Shown in pieces: positions 28,066-43,795 of a DNA stretch of 64,000 nucleotides (positions are counted from its first letter, which is position 1; the number at the start of each line of letters is the position of its first letter). The notes under the pieces are model-generated. The model searched no databases. It had not been told where the DNA came from and saw only the letters and a program-made list of their open reading frames with translations. The position numbers and the translations under genes are program-made. The stretch lies in assembly GCF_009914755.1 (NCBI RefSeq), contig NC_060934.1, one strand, 5' to 3'. The DNA comes from the human T2T-CHM13v2.0 reference genome, Homo sapiens.

Positions 28066-28260
28066 TAACCCTTATTTAATCATCACAGACAAGCAAACAA
28101 GTTTAATCAAAAGAATAGAGCTGAAGATCAATATTTAAACTGTGCATTAAAATATAGCATTTGAGCTAATCAAGTCAGCCAACAATGAGCATGCCACATG
28201 TAATGTTTGCTTTTCAAATCTGGAATCCATTCCCTCTGTCACTCTAATTCCTGGACCCAA
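28066..28260 (+). repeat. 195-bp direct copy of 30094-30288 embedded in a (TA)n tract
   Basis: Manual alignment: 8 substitutions, no gaps (~96% identity). Confidence 0.95.
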
Positions 28261-28422
28261 CTATATATATAGTTGTATATATAGTAAATATACAACTATA
28301 CATAGTATATGTACCTATATATACACGTTATATATATGTGTGTGTATATATGTATATATATAGTGTGTTATGTATATAGAGATAAAATGTGTTATGTATG
28401 TGTGTGTACACACACACACACA
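28261..28422. repeat. (TA)n/(TG)n/(CA)n tract, right part
   Basis: ctatatatatagttgtatatatag...gtgtgtgtacacacacacac. Confidence 0.9.
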
Positions 28423-28665
28423 GAGTCATCCCTTGGTATCCAAAAATTTGTGGATGCTCAATTCCCTGGTATAAAATGTTGTAGTATTTGCTCATAACCT
28501 ATGCAATTCTCCCCTGTACTTTAAGTCATTGCCTGATTTATAATAGCTAATGAAATGTAAATGGTATGTAAGCAGTTGTTACATTGTATTATTTGGGGAA
28601 ATAATAACAAGAAAAAAATGTATATGTGTTTAGTATAGACAATTATTTTTCAATATTTTTGATCC
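28423..28665. mobile_element. MER2 (TcMar-Tigger) fragment
   Basis: gtcatcccttggtatcc..ggatgctcaattccctggtataaaatg...aataataacaagaaaaaaatgtatatgtgtttagtatagac. Confidence 0.8.
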
Positions 28666-30093
28666 TTAGATGTTTGTTATTTTAATTTTTGTAAGCTACT
28701 AACGATTCAAAGAAAAGTGAATATTTTAAATGTAATATATTAATAGTAATAGCATCATTGGTCGTTTGTCTGACTAATCCTTCACTCTGAATATTATTAG
28801 TTCACATTATCTATTTTTGTTCTACGAAAATATGTCATGGTTTTAACATTTTATTTGTTTTTAAAAATAATAATGAAGATAAAGCACAGTAGAAGGAGAA
28901 AAAGAAGAAAAAAGCAAAGAAAATGAAATTAAACAAAATGCCTATACAAAGGCATATATTAAATAAAGGTTACAAGTGGAAAATAGAGACATAACTTTCT
29001 GGGAAAAAAATTGCATATTTGTCGTAAAAGTCTTCTTAGAGAGTCGCTGCATCCATTTCTAGCTTTGTTGTAGGAAGGATGATCCACTTGGGATTGGACT
29101 GAGATGCTGCTAGAATTCCCTGAGATGATTAAGTCTTTTCTTTTACAGATAATTCCTTTCCAAGGCCATTCAGAGAGACGATCTGCACATTAATTATCCA
29201 GTAACAGGAACAGTCTTTGTTGCTTCTGCAGAGAGACTCTGACCTTCCATTACCTGACAGAAAAGTAACCCTAGACCCCAGGGTTTGCTTTTCCAATACT
29301 ACAAAGTAGCTACAAGCCCTTGCGAGGAATAGCGCTGTCCGGGTAACGGGGCGTCCGGCAGAATTAGACCAGGCTCACATCACGGAAGACCGGTTGTCTT
29401 GCTGGGTTATGATGTCCTTTCCCAGTCAATAATTATACACAAACTTATTTAAAGTCTTGGGAATATTGTTGCGGATTACAATGATTAGGTTATTACCATC
29501 AAGAAATACAGTCAGTAATAGAACCAGAAATCTGAGCTAAGATGATTCCCGTTAAAACTATTATTTTCACCCAATAGGCAAGTACCTTTATGGAAATGTT
29601 TCCATAAAGGTTTAAAAAATTATGCCCTTTTAAAAAATTTTAATAATAAAATTATTTTAAAAATTAAACTGTAAAAATAATCTGTTATTAACTACAAAAA
29701 GATAACCAATTTTGGCATTTTATTGTCAAAATTATTCATATTTATTCTTTGGTAAAATGAATAGATTATTTTACAAAAATAAAATGATGTCATGTTTATA
29801 AACCTAATTTCCTCATTTAATATATCATTTTGTCTTTTCAAAGAATTTTGTACTTTCTTATGATCGTATTGTTGTTTGGGAGTTTAGATTATACCTAGTG
29901 TTTTGTTGTTATAAGCAGCACTGCATAGAAAGGTATGTCCCATCCTCAAGTTTATAAATTATGATTCACATATCTGCCTTTAGCTATTATTTCTGATAGT
30001 CTCAATTTGCAGATATACCTTGAGCTATTATTTCTCCAATAAAGGAAGAGAGGGAAATTTGGTTACAATAGATTAAACAAAGGTTATATTTAT

Positions 30094-30288
30094 TAACCCT
30101 TATTTAATCATCACAGACAAGCAAACAAGTTTAATCAAAAGAATAGAGCTGAAGCTCAATATTTAAACTGTGCATAAAACTATGGCATTTGATCTAATCA
30201 AGTCAGCCAACAATGAGCACGCCACATGTAATGTTTGCTCTTCAAATCTGGAATTCATTCCCTCTGTCACTCTAATTCCTGGACCCAA
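30094..30288 (+). repeat. Probable donor copy of the 195-bp segment
   Basis: Same sequence as 28066-28260 but continuous with unique flanks. Confidence 0.93.
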
Positions 30289-30463
30289 TTTGAAAATAGT
30301 TTGCATTATATCCTATCTCACAGCTTTTTATGTTTGCTAACCAAATATAATATGTTTGAAGACTTTGTCTTCCTGAATGTGACATTGTTAAAAATCAAAG
30401 GTGTCTAACACGTACAGCTGCTAATGGAATAAAGGATGCGTTTTTTAAAAGTGACATGCATAA

Positions 30464-30465
<2 letters not shown>

Positions 30466-30514
<49 letters not shown>
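30466..30514. repeat. (CA)n(GA)n compound microsatellite
   Basis: cacacac...cagagagagagagagag. Confidence 0.95.
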
Positions 30515-30515
<1 letters not shown>

Positions 30516-30955
30516 GAAAGGAGTTCTGATCCTCTCCACTACTTGAGGCTTTTAACATTTGAGGTTATATATATATATATATATGATTATTTATTTTCTT
30601 GACAAGGCTAAATGTTACATCTGAGTGAATGGATTGATAAAGTGTTGTTTTCTCATCTAAGTTCTCCCATCCAAAGCAAATATTTCCACACAGAGGAAAT
30701 GTGTGTGTGCAAAAAGAATAGAGATGAAACTAGCATGGCTCTGTAGCAATTTCCTGGGTAAACAGAGCAAAAATGATAGTGTGGTCCTCAGGTTTTTTGT
30801 TTGGTTCCCCTACAACATTGTCAGTAATATTTGAGTAAGTCCCATAAAAGGAATATCAGCTGAGGAATCTCTTTCACCCAAGCTAGGGACGTCATCTTAA
30901 TCAGCTAATCACAGGACAGAAAGTCCACCTCACTCATATAGAAAAAGGAAGACCA

Positions 30956-31180
30956 GGCGGTTTTCTTCATGCTGTTCTTGTGGTAGTGAATAAGTCTCAC
31001 AAGTTCTGACGGTTTTATAAGTGGAAATCCCTTCTACTTGGCTCTCATTCTCTCTTTGCCTGCTGCCAGTGTAAGACGTGCCTTTCACCTTCCACTCTGA
31101 TTGTATGACCTTCCTAGCCACATGGAACTGTGAGTCTGTTATAACTCTTTTTCTTTATTTAAAAAAAAGAAAGAAAAGAA
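30956..31180 (+). mobile_element. THE1C-like LTR fragment with A-rich tail and long TSD (retroposed LTR transcript)
   Basis: ggcggttttcttcatgctgttcttgtggtagtgaataagtctcac...ggaactgtgagtctgttataactctttttctttattt + aaaaaaaagaaagaaaagaa; flanks agaaaaaggaagacca / agaaaaaaggaagacca. Confidence 0.85.
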
Positions 31181-32247
31181 AGAAAAAAGGAAGACCAAGG
31201 CACTCATGTTCAATTGCTTCATAGAAGCTGGGGCACAGTTTTCTAGTTTACCTTTCTCCAAAGTAAGTTAAGTTGGGCTTATAGAAGGGCTTATTCCATT
31301 TTCGTTATTGTACATTTACTTTTCTGTCCATTCTTTCAACAAATAGACATTGAGCCCCTGATTTGACCTTGGTACTGCTCTAAGTCCCAGACTACAGCAG
31401 GAAACAAAACCCCAGAAAGTCCCTGTCCTCAGGGAGCTTTAATTCTAGTGGGAAAGACCAGATAGAAAAGAAAACTCAAACAGTTCATTAGAAGATAGTC
31501 AATACTACGTGAAAAATATAGCAAAGGAGATAGGCAATGTTGGGATTGGTGTTGCAATTTTAAATCAGGTTGCCAGGGAAAGTCTCGCTGAGACAATTAA
31601 CAACTGAGCAAAGACTTGAAGGAGGAGAAGCAGCGAGCGAGCCATGAAGATAATTAGAAAAGGCATTTAATGCAGAGGGACCGGTTGTCAAGACCCTAAA
31701 GCGGGCGGGGCGGGTGTGTTGGAAGTGCAGTTAGCAAGGTTGGGGAGGAGATGGGGAGGGGTGCTGTGTGAAAGCTATCAGGGGCCTGCACATTAGAAGG
31801 CCTCTTTAAGGGTTTTACTCCGAGCAAAATGAGGACGCCAGCAATTTGGGAAGAAATCCATTTGGCTTCTGAGAAATGCTGTAATTAGGGTGAGAGAGGA
31901 AGGTGGTTCAGACAAGAGTGAGGCTATTCTGCAGATGGGGTGAGAAGAGACTGGACTCTGGGTGTATCTTCAAAACACAACCAGCAAAATTTTTTGACAA
32001 ATTCAACAGTAAAGATGATGCTACATATTTTGTCTTAAGGAACTAGAAGGCTGGTTCTAGATAAAGAGGACAGAATTCAGAAAGTCCATTCAGGAACTGT
32101 TGGGTTTGACGTCTACTACTCATCAAGTGAGGCTTCAGGGAGATCAGAAAAGCAATTCTGGAGCTCAGCAGGGCTGAGCCAGGCAGACACATCAGGGAGG
32201 CGTCAGGCTTTTTACAGCTGGAGACTAGACCTGGGGCCTGATGAAAC

Positions 32248-32822
32248 TGAGTCAGGAGAAGAGAGTCTGGAGGCAGGAAACTAAGGCAGGTTCATGCTGA
32301 CCTCCTAGAACTAAATCAAAAGGAAAACCCCCACTCTCCACGCCTGGCAGATGAAAAATTGAAAGTAACTCTGATTGGTCCCCTCCCACAACCAATCAGA
32401 CTGGTCTCTGGCCAGGTCTCCATTTGCATAGGAGTATAACTTTGTAACTTCACTTCGGCCTCTGATTGGTCACTTTCTGCAACCAATCAGATGTTTGCAT
32501 AGGGTGTGACTTTGTAACTTCACTTCAGCCTCTGATTGGTCCCCTCCCACAACCAATCAGAGTGATCCTGGGCACTACTTCATTTACATAGGGGGTACAC
32601 CAAGTAACCAATGGGAAACCTCCAAAGGGTATTTACACCCCACAGAAACTCAAGAGTAATTGGGCTCTTGAGCCACTTGCTCTGGGTGCACCCACCCTGT
32701 GGAGTGTGCTTTTGTTTTCAATAAATCTCTGCTTGTGTTGCTTCGTCCTTTCCTTCTTTAGTGTGTTTTGTCCAATTATTTGTTCAAAATGCCAAGAACC
32801 TGGACAGTCTCCACCAGTAACA
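32248..32822 (+). mobile_element. MER51-family ERV1 solo LTR
   Basis: tgagtcaggagaagagagtctggaggcagg...ctagaactaaatcaaaaggaaaacccc; repeated ctctgattggtc/ccaatcaga; aataaa; ends ccaccagtaaca; 4-bp TSD aaac/aaat. Confidence 0.88.
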
Positions 32823-33056
32823 AAATCATTCAAGGAGTGAGTGCAGATGAGAAAAACTCCAGGACTGAAAGCTGGACAGTCCAAAATTTGGAGGTAGAGA
32901 GGCACAGAGGATTGAGAAACCGAAATGATTTACGGCAGAGAAACATCAGGAGAGTACAAATCCAAGGCAAAGACGGGGAGGAGGAGTAATTGACTGCACC
33001 GCCTGCTGCTGGCCTGCCCGGTAGAGTGGGAGAGCCCAGGAGCACTGTGGAGTTCA

Positions 33057-33440
<384 letters not shown>

Positions 33441-33516
33441 GAAGGCACAGAGGAGAGCATTTAAAAGAAAATGAGTGCAAAACTACTGGAGAGGACACAG
33501 ACGGGAAATTCTTCAT

Positions 33517-33759
33517 TATTTAATTTTTATTTTAAAAATTCTAATTGTGATAAAAAGAAAACACACCATATAAAATGTACCATCTTAATGATTTTTAACT
33601 GTAGCCTTCAGTAGCATTAAATAGATTCCCATTGGTGTGAAAGAAATCTCCGGAACTTTTTCGTCTTGTAAAACTGAAACTCTGTAACCATTAAAGAACT
33701 CCCCATTTCCCCTCACCCCAGCCCCCAGCAACCACCTTTCTACTTTCTGTTTCTACGAA
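33517..33759 (-). mobile_element. L1MB-type 3' end
   Basis: ataaaatgtaccatcttaa...aaaactgaaactctgtaaccattaaa...ccccagcccccagcaaccacctttctactttctgtttcta. Confidence 0.85.
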
Positions 33760-33799
33760 GAATAAGCAATTCTTTAAAATAGTTTTGCTGGGAAAATGG

Positions 33800-34070
33800 A
33801 GGCCCAGAAAATTTGCATTTCTAACCTATTCCTAAATGATGGTGACAGTGCTGATATGGGGCCCACATTTCGATAGCCACTGGTCTATGGCACAGGCTGC
33901 CAATCTTAGGTGAACAGTGGAATTGTTTAGAGGATTCTAAAACGTTCTGAAAGCTGAAAGCCACTCCCAGATGGTCTGCCATAATTGACTTGGGGTGTGG
34001 CAGGAGCGCTTGTGTTTATAAAAGTTCCTAGGTGTTTGTAATTTGCAGTCAGGTTGTGAAGCATTGATCT
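33800..34070. mobile_element. Two adjacent MER5-family (hAT-Charlie) fragments
   Basis: ggcccagaaaatttgcatttctaac...ccacatttcgatagccactg and aagttcctaggtgtttgtaatttgcagtcaggttgtgaagcattg. Confidence 0.65.
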
Positions 34071-35473
34071 CTAGCAAGAGGAGAGAAAGTAGATACCTGG
34101 GGACCCAGCTTGGCAGCTGAGTAGCTTACAAAGAGTGAAGAGCTCTTAGAAATTCTTCTATGATTCCTTCAATTATCCAGGCAAAATTGGAAGCCAGATC
34201 AACTGAGGGCAACGCTGGAAGATGAGCTTTTGGAGGTTATGAAAAGGAAATATGAAAGAGAGTTTGAGGATAATGACAGTGTGAATAAACGGGAGGAATG
34301 TCCTTTTGCTAAGTCTGTGGTTACGAATCTCAAGTTAGATCATCCAGAGAGCTCGTGAATTTTTTCTCATCCTATGTTTGGCTGTACGGGAGCAGGTATG
34401 GAGTAAGCGGAGGCAGATTTAACCGTGCTTGTCGTTTTCCAAGGCATCTAATCATGTCAGATAAAATGAGAGCAGGGTAGGAGGGTGATTGTGATGGTTA
34501 ACCATGGAGACAGAGCCGAAGTGACAGAGCCCATACTTTTAGCTCCCAAAGACATGGACTGTGGGGAAAGGGTACCGGGGAGAGGGCTGGAAGGAGGAGA
34601 GGGGGAGGTAACCAGTGAAAAGCTTGAACTTGCGATTGGGGGATGGGAATTATTGGTAACAACAAGGTCCACGGCATGACCACAGGCATGCGATGTCTTA
34701 GGAGGGGATCCAGAATTCCTTTAGAGACAGAAGGAAAGGAGCATGGACAGAAGAGGAGGACACACAGGGAAATGTCCTAGCATGCACTGTGACGTCCGGA
34801 GGGTACACGGGAAGTTTGAAGCATTGGAAGATCCGGAGTCATGAGGTTTTTGAGCATGGGAGGCAGTGAGTGACCTGGGAATCTGGTCATCCTTGGAGTA
34901 TGACACAAATAAGAAGAAAAGGACATGATGGAAAGAGTGTCACTGATCTCAGAGCAGATGGTTATGAGGAAGCTGCCTGTGCGAGAGGTTAGCAAGACGC
35001 GGGGCTGTGCGTGTCCTTCTCCTCTCTGTTGATATGAGTGCAGAAACTTATTTTAATGACGAGGCTCTCTTGACCGTTTCCAAAGAAGGCATGAAGGTTT
35101 TGCAAAGAAGTCTAACTCAGAGGTCTTCCTATAAATTTCATTTACACATAAGCAGTGCAAAATGTTAAATGAGATACCATGCTAAAAAACACACATACCC
35201 TGCCTCAAGATACTTATATCTAGTAACATTAATAGATACATACACAAATCCTTTCACACAGGACAAGACGTATATAACATATTCCTTAAGAGAGATCAAA
35301 ATAAAGTATCATGAGGTTTTGGAATGACAGAAGCATAGTCATTAGGGATAAATCAGAAAAATTTCACAAGACAGGTGCATTTGAGCTACACCTTAAAGAA
35401 CAGTTTGGATTCTGACAGATACAAGACAAGATTGGGAGATGTTTCAACTGGTCTAATGAAAAGAGCAAAAATG

Positions 35474-35795
<322 letters not shown>

Positions 35796-35899
35796 TCATG
35801 GGGTTTACCTGGGTCACCATCTTTCTTGGCCGAATGATGGAATTTCTGTGGGGGAATTGTGGTGTAACAGGTTTCTCCCTACATGAACCACAGGGGACC

Positions 35900-36400
35900 T
35901 CAAAGGTGTATCAGTGAGGTATGAGGTTGTCTGCAAGCAACAACAACAACACCAAAAAAAATCTTAACCAGGAGTGGCCACAAAAATGTTTACTGTATTT
36001 CTCTAAAGGAAAAACAAAAGAATTCCCAGGCGGGCAGTGTCTGGGGCTGGCTCGTCTCCTCGATAATGCTGCCTGGGACCTATGTTTATGTTCTCCATCC
36101 CATCTACCAGCCCTGGAGAAGTAGCTTTTCCTTCTTGTCACTGACACCTCATGTCCTCAAGATGGTGGCTACTCCCTAGGCACCTGCCTACCAGGTGGGA
36201 AGAAGAGAGATGAGCAGGAGAAAAGGAGGGACTTTTTAATAAAGAGAGGAAAAGACCGTCCCCAAGCTCCTCACCAGGCTCCTCTCATTGGCCAGCACTG
36301 CCTGGTATAGGCAGCCCTCAGAGCCCAGGTGGCTGCTAAATGGATGACTTAGCCTCCTGGTACCGGAAAAAAATAAAGGATGGACAGGGTGGGGCACTGA
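35900..36400 (-). mobile_element. Old MLT1 (K/L-like) LTR remnant
   Basis: cctcatgtcctcaagatggtggctac...ctctcattggccagcactg; boundaries approximate. Confidence 0.45.
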
Positions 36401-38277
36401 GGAAGCCAATAGAAAGTGACTGTTGCAAATCCCAAACTGCACAGTTCAGACCTTCAGTATCAGCCAACAAATGATGAGGTCGTGGAATGGTAGGATTACA
36501 TAACTGTGTCTCTAAAAGGCATAGCTAAGACATCATTGTAGAGTAGATTGCAGAGGCGTGAAAAATTGCAGGCTGGGAGACCAGTTATGTGTTTTCTCAG
36601 AGGGGGCGGGAAGTGTGTAGCAAGTAAGAAATGATGGGATTTGGGATAAAAGGGTAGGAAAAAAGGTGGTAAAAGTATTTGTATTCAAGAGAGAAAACCA
36701 TTCAGTCAATCAGACGTTTGCAAGTTGTACTTTACCTAGGCTGGAAAGGATAAAAAAATGAAAGTTCAAGCCGGGGGAGGACCAATACCTGCTTTTTCTA
36801 TGGAATGAGATAAACATTGTGAAATCCATCTATAAAATATTACAAACTGAATATAGAAATAATAAAATGATTTTGAAATATTTGATAACTCTTGGATGCA
36901 GCAATGAGCATTTTGACCTAGATCTCCTTTCCCATAAAGGATGTTTTAAAGGAACATAGAAAGCTTACGGAGCTTAAGTTGTTGTCCAATGGTTAGGGAA
37001 GAGAAAATGGTAGAATCAGATGAGGGACCCAGGCATTCAGAGGTCCCTGGTCTGGGCTACAAGTTTATATCACTTTCTGTGTCACACACATGCACACATG
37101 TGCACCACACACAGAGAGACCACCAAAGGGACTCCCACAGAACCAAATAGAAGACAAAGAGCTGAGGAAGAAATTGGAGGCCGTGATTTACATAATAGCT
37201 GATAATCCCATTAATGGGACAGCTTAGATGAGAGCATTGGAATCCGTTGTGTCAATAACCACCACTGCCTACCTTATTTCTTGTGCATCTAAACTTCAAC
37301 TACCCAGGACTTTTTTAAAAGTCATGCTGCATGTTCCTTGGATGTTTTGGCTGTCGTCCTTCAGTGCCAAGCCCCCGGGCTGCTTCCTCACACGCTCCAG
37401 GGCACCTCTTCTCCTGGCCTCGAAGGCAGGCTTTCTTAGTCCCTCCTCCCTGTGCTCCTGAGAGAGGGTGAGCAACAGGGTCTCCTAACTCACCTGCCCT
37501 CCTAGGAGCCCTGTCTCTTCCCTCATTTAAGCTGAGGGAGAACTGCAACAAAACGACCAACATCTTTCACCACCACAACTGCATTTGTTCCTAATTCCTC
37601 TTTGTTCTTTCTAATTAGTCACCACAAGCTTCCTTCTTTCTTGTCCCTGCATGTTCTGCATGAAGAGATGGACACAAAGAGAAATTCGATGACGTCCCCA
37701 GGCACCCATGATGCACAGGGACAGCTCACAGGAAGCCACCTTTGTGCACAAGACTGGTCTCTAAGCTGGCCCAGGGCTCACTGGGATCTCGCCTCTTGAC
37801 ATACTGCCCTTGCCGGCCGTTTCAGCTGGGAGGCAGGATGGCAGCACGTCTGATAATTGCATAGTAAATTCTATACGAACACTTGGAAGCTGTGTCTTCC
37901 TGAAAATTACATGGTAAATAATTACATTTGTAGGGAACAAATAATTCAACTCTTTGTTACCATGTCAAATGCAATTTTGAGATCTGATGAGGCAAATCTT
38001 GTTTAGGAGATGAAAACAGAAGATATAAACCAGATAATTGCCAAGTGATTAAACAGGAAGTGCCATGCGTGTATGATTAATGCACATGCAAAGATAGGCA
38101 CTGGGGAGCGTTGGGCAGGGAAGGAGCTGGAGTCTCCCCCATGGCCGGGTGCTCTCTGAGCCAACCGCAGCAGCAGAACTCACCAAGCGGCATTGGATCT
38201 AATTCGCTCCGAGTGAGCACAGCAAGCTGCGCAGGACAAATTTGTCCATGTGCCTGGTTCGTTTAAGACCACCTCCT

Positions 38278-38575
38278 GGCTGAGTGTGGTGGCTCATGCC
38301 TGTAAACCCACCACTTTGGGAGGCCAAGGCGGGTGGATCACGAGGTCAGGAGTTCGAAACCAGCCTGGCTAACATGGTGAAACCCTGTCTGTACTGAAAA
38401 TACAAAAATTAGCTGGACATGGTGATGGGCGTCTGTAATCCCAGTTACTCAGGAAGCTGAGGCAGAAGAATCACTTGAACCCAGGATGCGGAGGTTGCAG
38501 TGAGCCAAGATCCCACCACTGCACTCCAGCCTGGGCGGACAGAGCAAGACTCCATCTAAAAAAAAAAAAAAAAAA
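38278..38575 (+). mobile_element. AluS (Sg-like)
   Basis: ggatcacgaggtcaggagttcgaaaccagcc; poly(A); degenerate TSD ending ctcct. Confidence 0.93.
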
Positions 38576-38742
38576 GAAAGGAAGAAACCCTCTCCTTTTC
38601 CTAAAGAGTTCATAGTCTCACTATTTCCTTCTTCCTTTCTGTCCCTTACATTCCCTGTATATCCTCATTCCCTCTTCCATGTTTTCTGCTCCTACCATTC
38701 TTTCTCTTTTGCTCAAGGGGGCTTTTCCTGCCTAGAGCTCCT

Positions 38743-38801
38743 GCCTTGTCATCTGTTTGAAAGGTTCCTTGAGCCTTGTCATCTGTTTGAAAGGTTGCTT
38801 G
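38743..38801 (+). repeat. 30-bp two-copy tandem duplication
   Basis: gccttgtcatctgtttgaaaggtt(c/g)cttg twice. Confidence 0.93.
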
Positions 38802-39108
38802 CAATCGTCCTTTTATGAATATTCTGTCTGTAAGTCATCTTTTCTGTCTTTCTTATGTCAGCAAATCAGCCGTGGCCTCCTGCTCCGAAGAGGACCCCTG
38901 GGTCTCTGTTTTTACTGTTCCTGAACCTCTCAGTTCTTCCCATCTGCTCCCATGCCCCACCTCCAGCCTGCTCTGGTCTGGATGAAAACACACGCAGGTG
39001 CAAAGTGTGTGTCATTCCATGCTATAGCCGCCCCATCCCCAGGGTGCTGTATGTCCAGCAGTTCTCCCAAAATGAGTCATGCTGAGTCCTTACGAAAGCA
39101 AGCATCAC

Positions 39109-42301
<3,193 letters not shown>

Positions 42302-42749
42302 TAATTTCTCCAGCCCAGGGGAACCTAGGAAGCCTGTCAACTGGCCATAAAATAGGGCCCCTGTTCCTGGAAAAGAGGAGCTACCTGGCTTACAGGACTT
42401 GGAAAACATCTGTTGTCCATCTGCACATGAGAAATGGAAAGGGTGAGAGGAGGTGGAGGAGAGTCAGTTGTGGGCAGGAAGGAGATCCCGTGTGAGGAAG
42501 ACGACCTAGAAGAGACAGATTTCGAGTCCCAGGGCAACTGTGCAAGTGCCTGCTGACCGGCTCCATTCCATATGCTGTTTACCTCACCCCTAGCAGAAAG
42601 CCTTCAGAGAAGGGGATGGTACGGCCAGGGAAACCAAGGCTTGAGAATCAAAGCTTCTCCCAAGCCTCCCAAACCGAGGCTTGGGAGAAGGTTTCTTTCT
42701 CCCTCTCTTTCAGAGGTTGCTTCTCCTCTCCTAAAACTTCAGATAGCAG

Positions 42750-43130
42750 GCATTCTTCCTTTCCTGGCTATGATCTCTCTTCTCTGATGGCTTTCAGCAT
42801 CCTCTATCTACTGATTATTTTGATTGTGTACCTCTAGGCGGAAACCTCTCCTGAAATGCAGATTTATGTAGCATATTGATAATGCCTACAGGAAAGTGTG
42901 CAAGGAGGATCTTGAGCTCCACTGCCTCATGCCCAAACCTTTTCTCTAAATAATAACCATTGAGGAAATTGACGTGTTATGCACGTCATTGTCCACCACT
43001 CAAACTGGTTGTTCTGTTTCTCTTCTTCAATGCCGCTGCCCATCTGAGTTAAGCCTCCAAAACAAATCTTGAATCAGCTCTTTCCCTTCTCTGCTACCAT
43101 AATCGCCATTCAAAATGAGAATGCCTAGTC
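42750..43130 (+). mobile_element. L2 internal fragment (RT region)
   Basis: gatggctttcagcatcctctatctactgattattttgattgtgtacctctagg..acctctcctgaaatgcaga resembles the L2 YHLYADDSQI region. Confidence 0.5.
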
Positions 43131-43265
43131 TCTTGACATTTCCTTTTATTCATAATTTTTAAACATTTCACTGGACTTTCATAGAATTTTCACAGAGCAG
43201 GGAAAAAGCAGAGAAATAACATGAAAAAAATCAACTGATAATTTTTCTTCTTGACTGTACTCAAG

Positions 43266-43351
43266 TTTATTTTTGGTTTTGTTTTTTAAAGTGAGAGCAA
43301 GTTTACTGAAAAGTAAAGGAATGAAAGGGTGGCTACTCCTTAGGCAGAGCA
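43266..43351 (-). mobile_element. Short MER41-like LTR poly(A)-signal fragment followed by an A-rich tail
   Basis: Minus strand tgctctgcctaaggagtagccaccctttcattcctttacttttcagtaaacttgctctcacttt + aaaaaacaaaaccaaaaataaa. Confidence 0.65.
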
Positions 43352-43529
43352 TGTTCTGATGAGGAAAGGAGTTGGGGTTCTGAAGTACTTTGAAATATGT
43401 AGAGTTGCAAGAGTAAATGCCCAACCTATTTTCTGTTATTAAAAAAGAATGGAGATGTTACATCATCTATTTTGGAGCTATAAGAAGAATATATGCGTAT
43501 TGTTATAGTCCAAAAATAAACAGATGTAA

Positions 43530-43790
43530 ATACATAGAGATATCTAGTTACAGATATATAGAGATTATATGTATATATAGGTTTTATATACATATATACA
43601 CATGTATATACATATATAATCTATGTGTATATATACATAACCCATATATGCATATAATCTATATCTGTAACTATATAGGTATCTCTACATGTTTACATTA
43701 TATGTATATATATAACCTATATATGCATATAATCCCTATATTTCTCAACATCTGCACATCTATATATGTCTCAATATGTGTATACATAAC
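43530..43790. repeat. (TA/CATATA)n low-complexity tract
   Basis: atatatagagattatatgtatatatagg... Confidence 0.9.
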
Positions 43791-43795
43791 ACATT

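Noticed and set aside
29135-29150. Isolated strong splice-like sites (ttttcttttacag here; also ~15159 and caggtaagt ~51858)
   Set aside because: Cannot be paired into exons with a coherent frame; such sites are common in non-coding DNA.
38234-38247. 14-bp palindrome ggacaaatttgtcc
   Set aside because: 7-bp arms are expected several times by chance in 64 kb.
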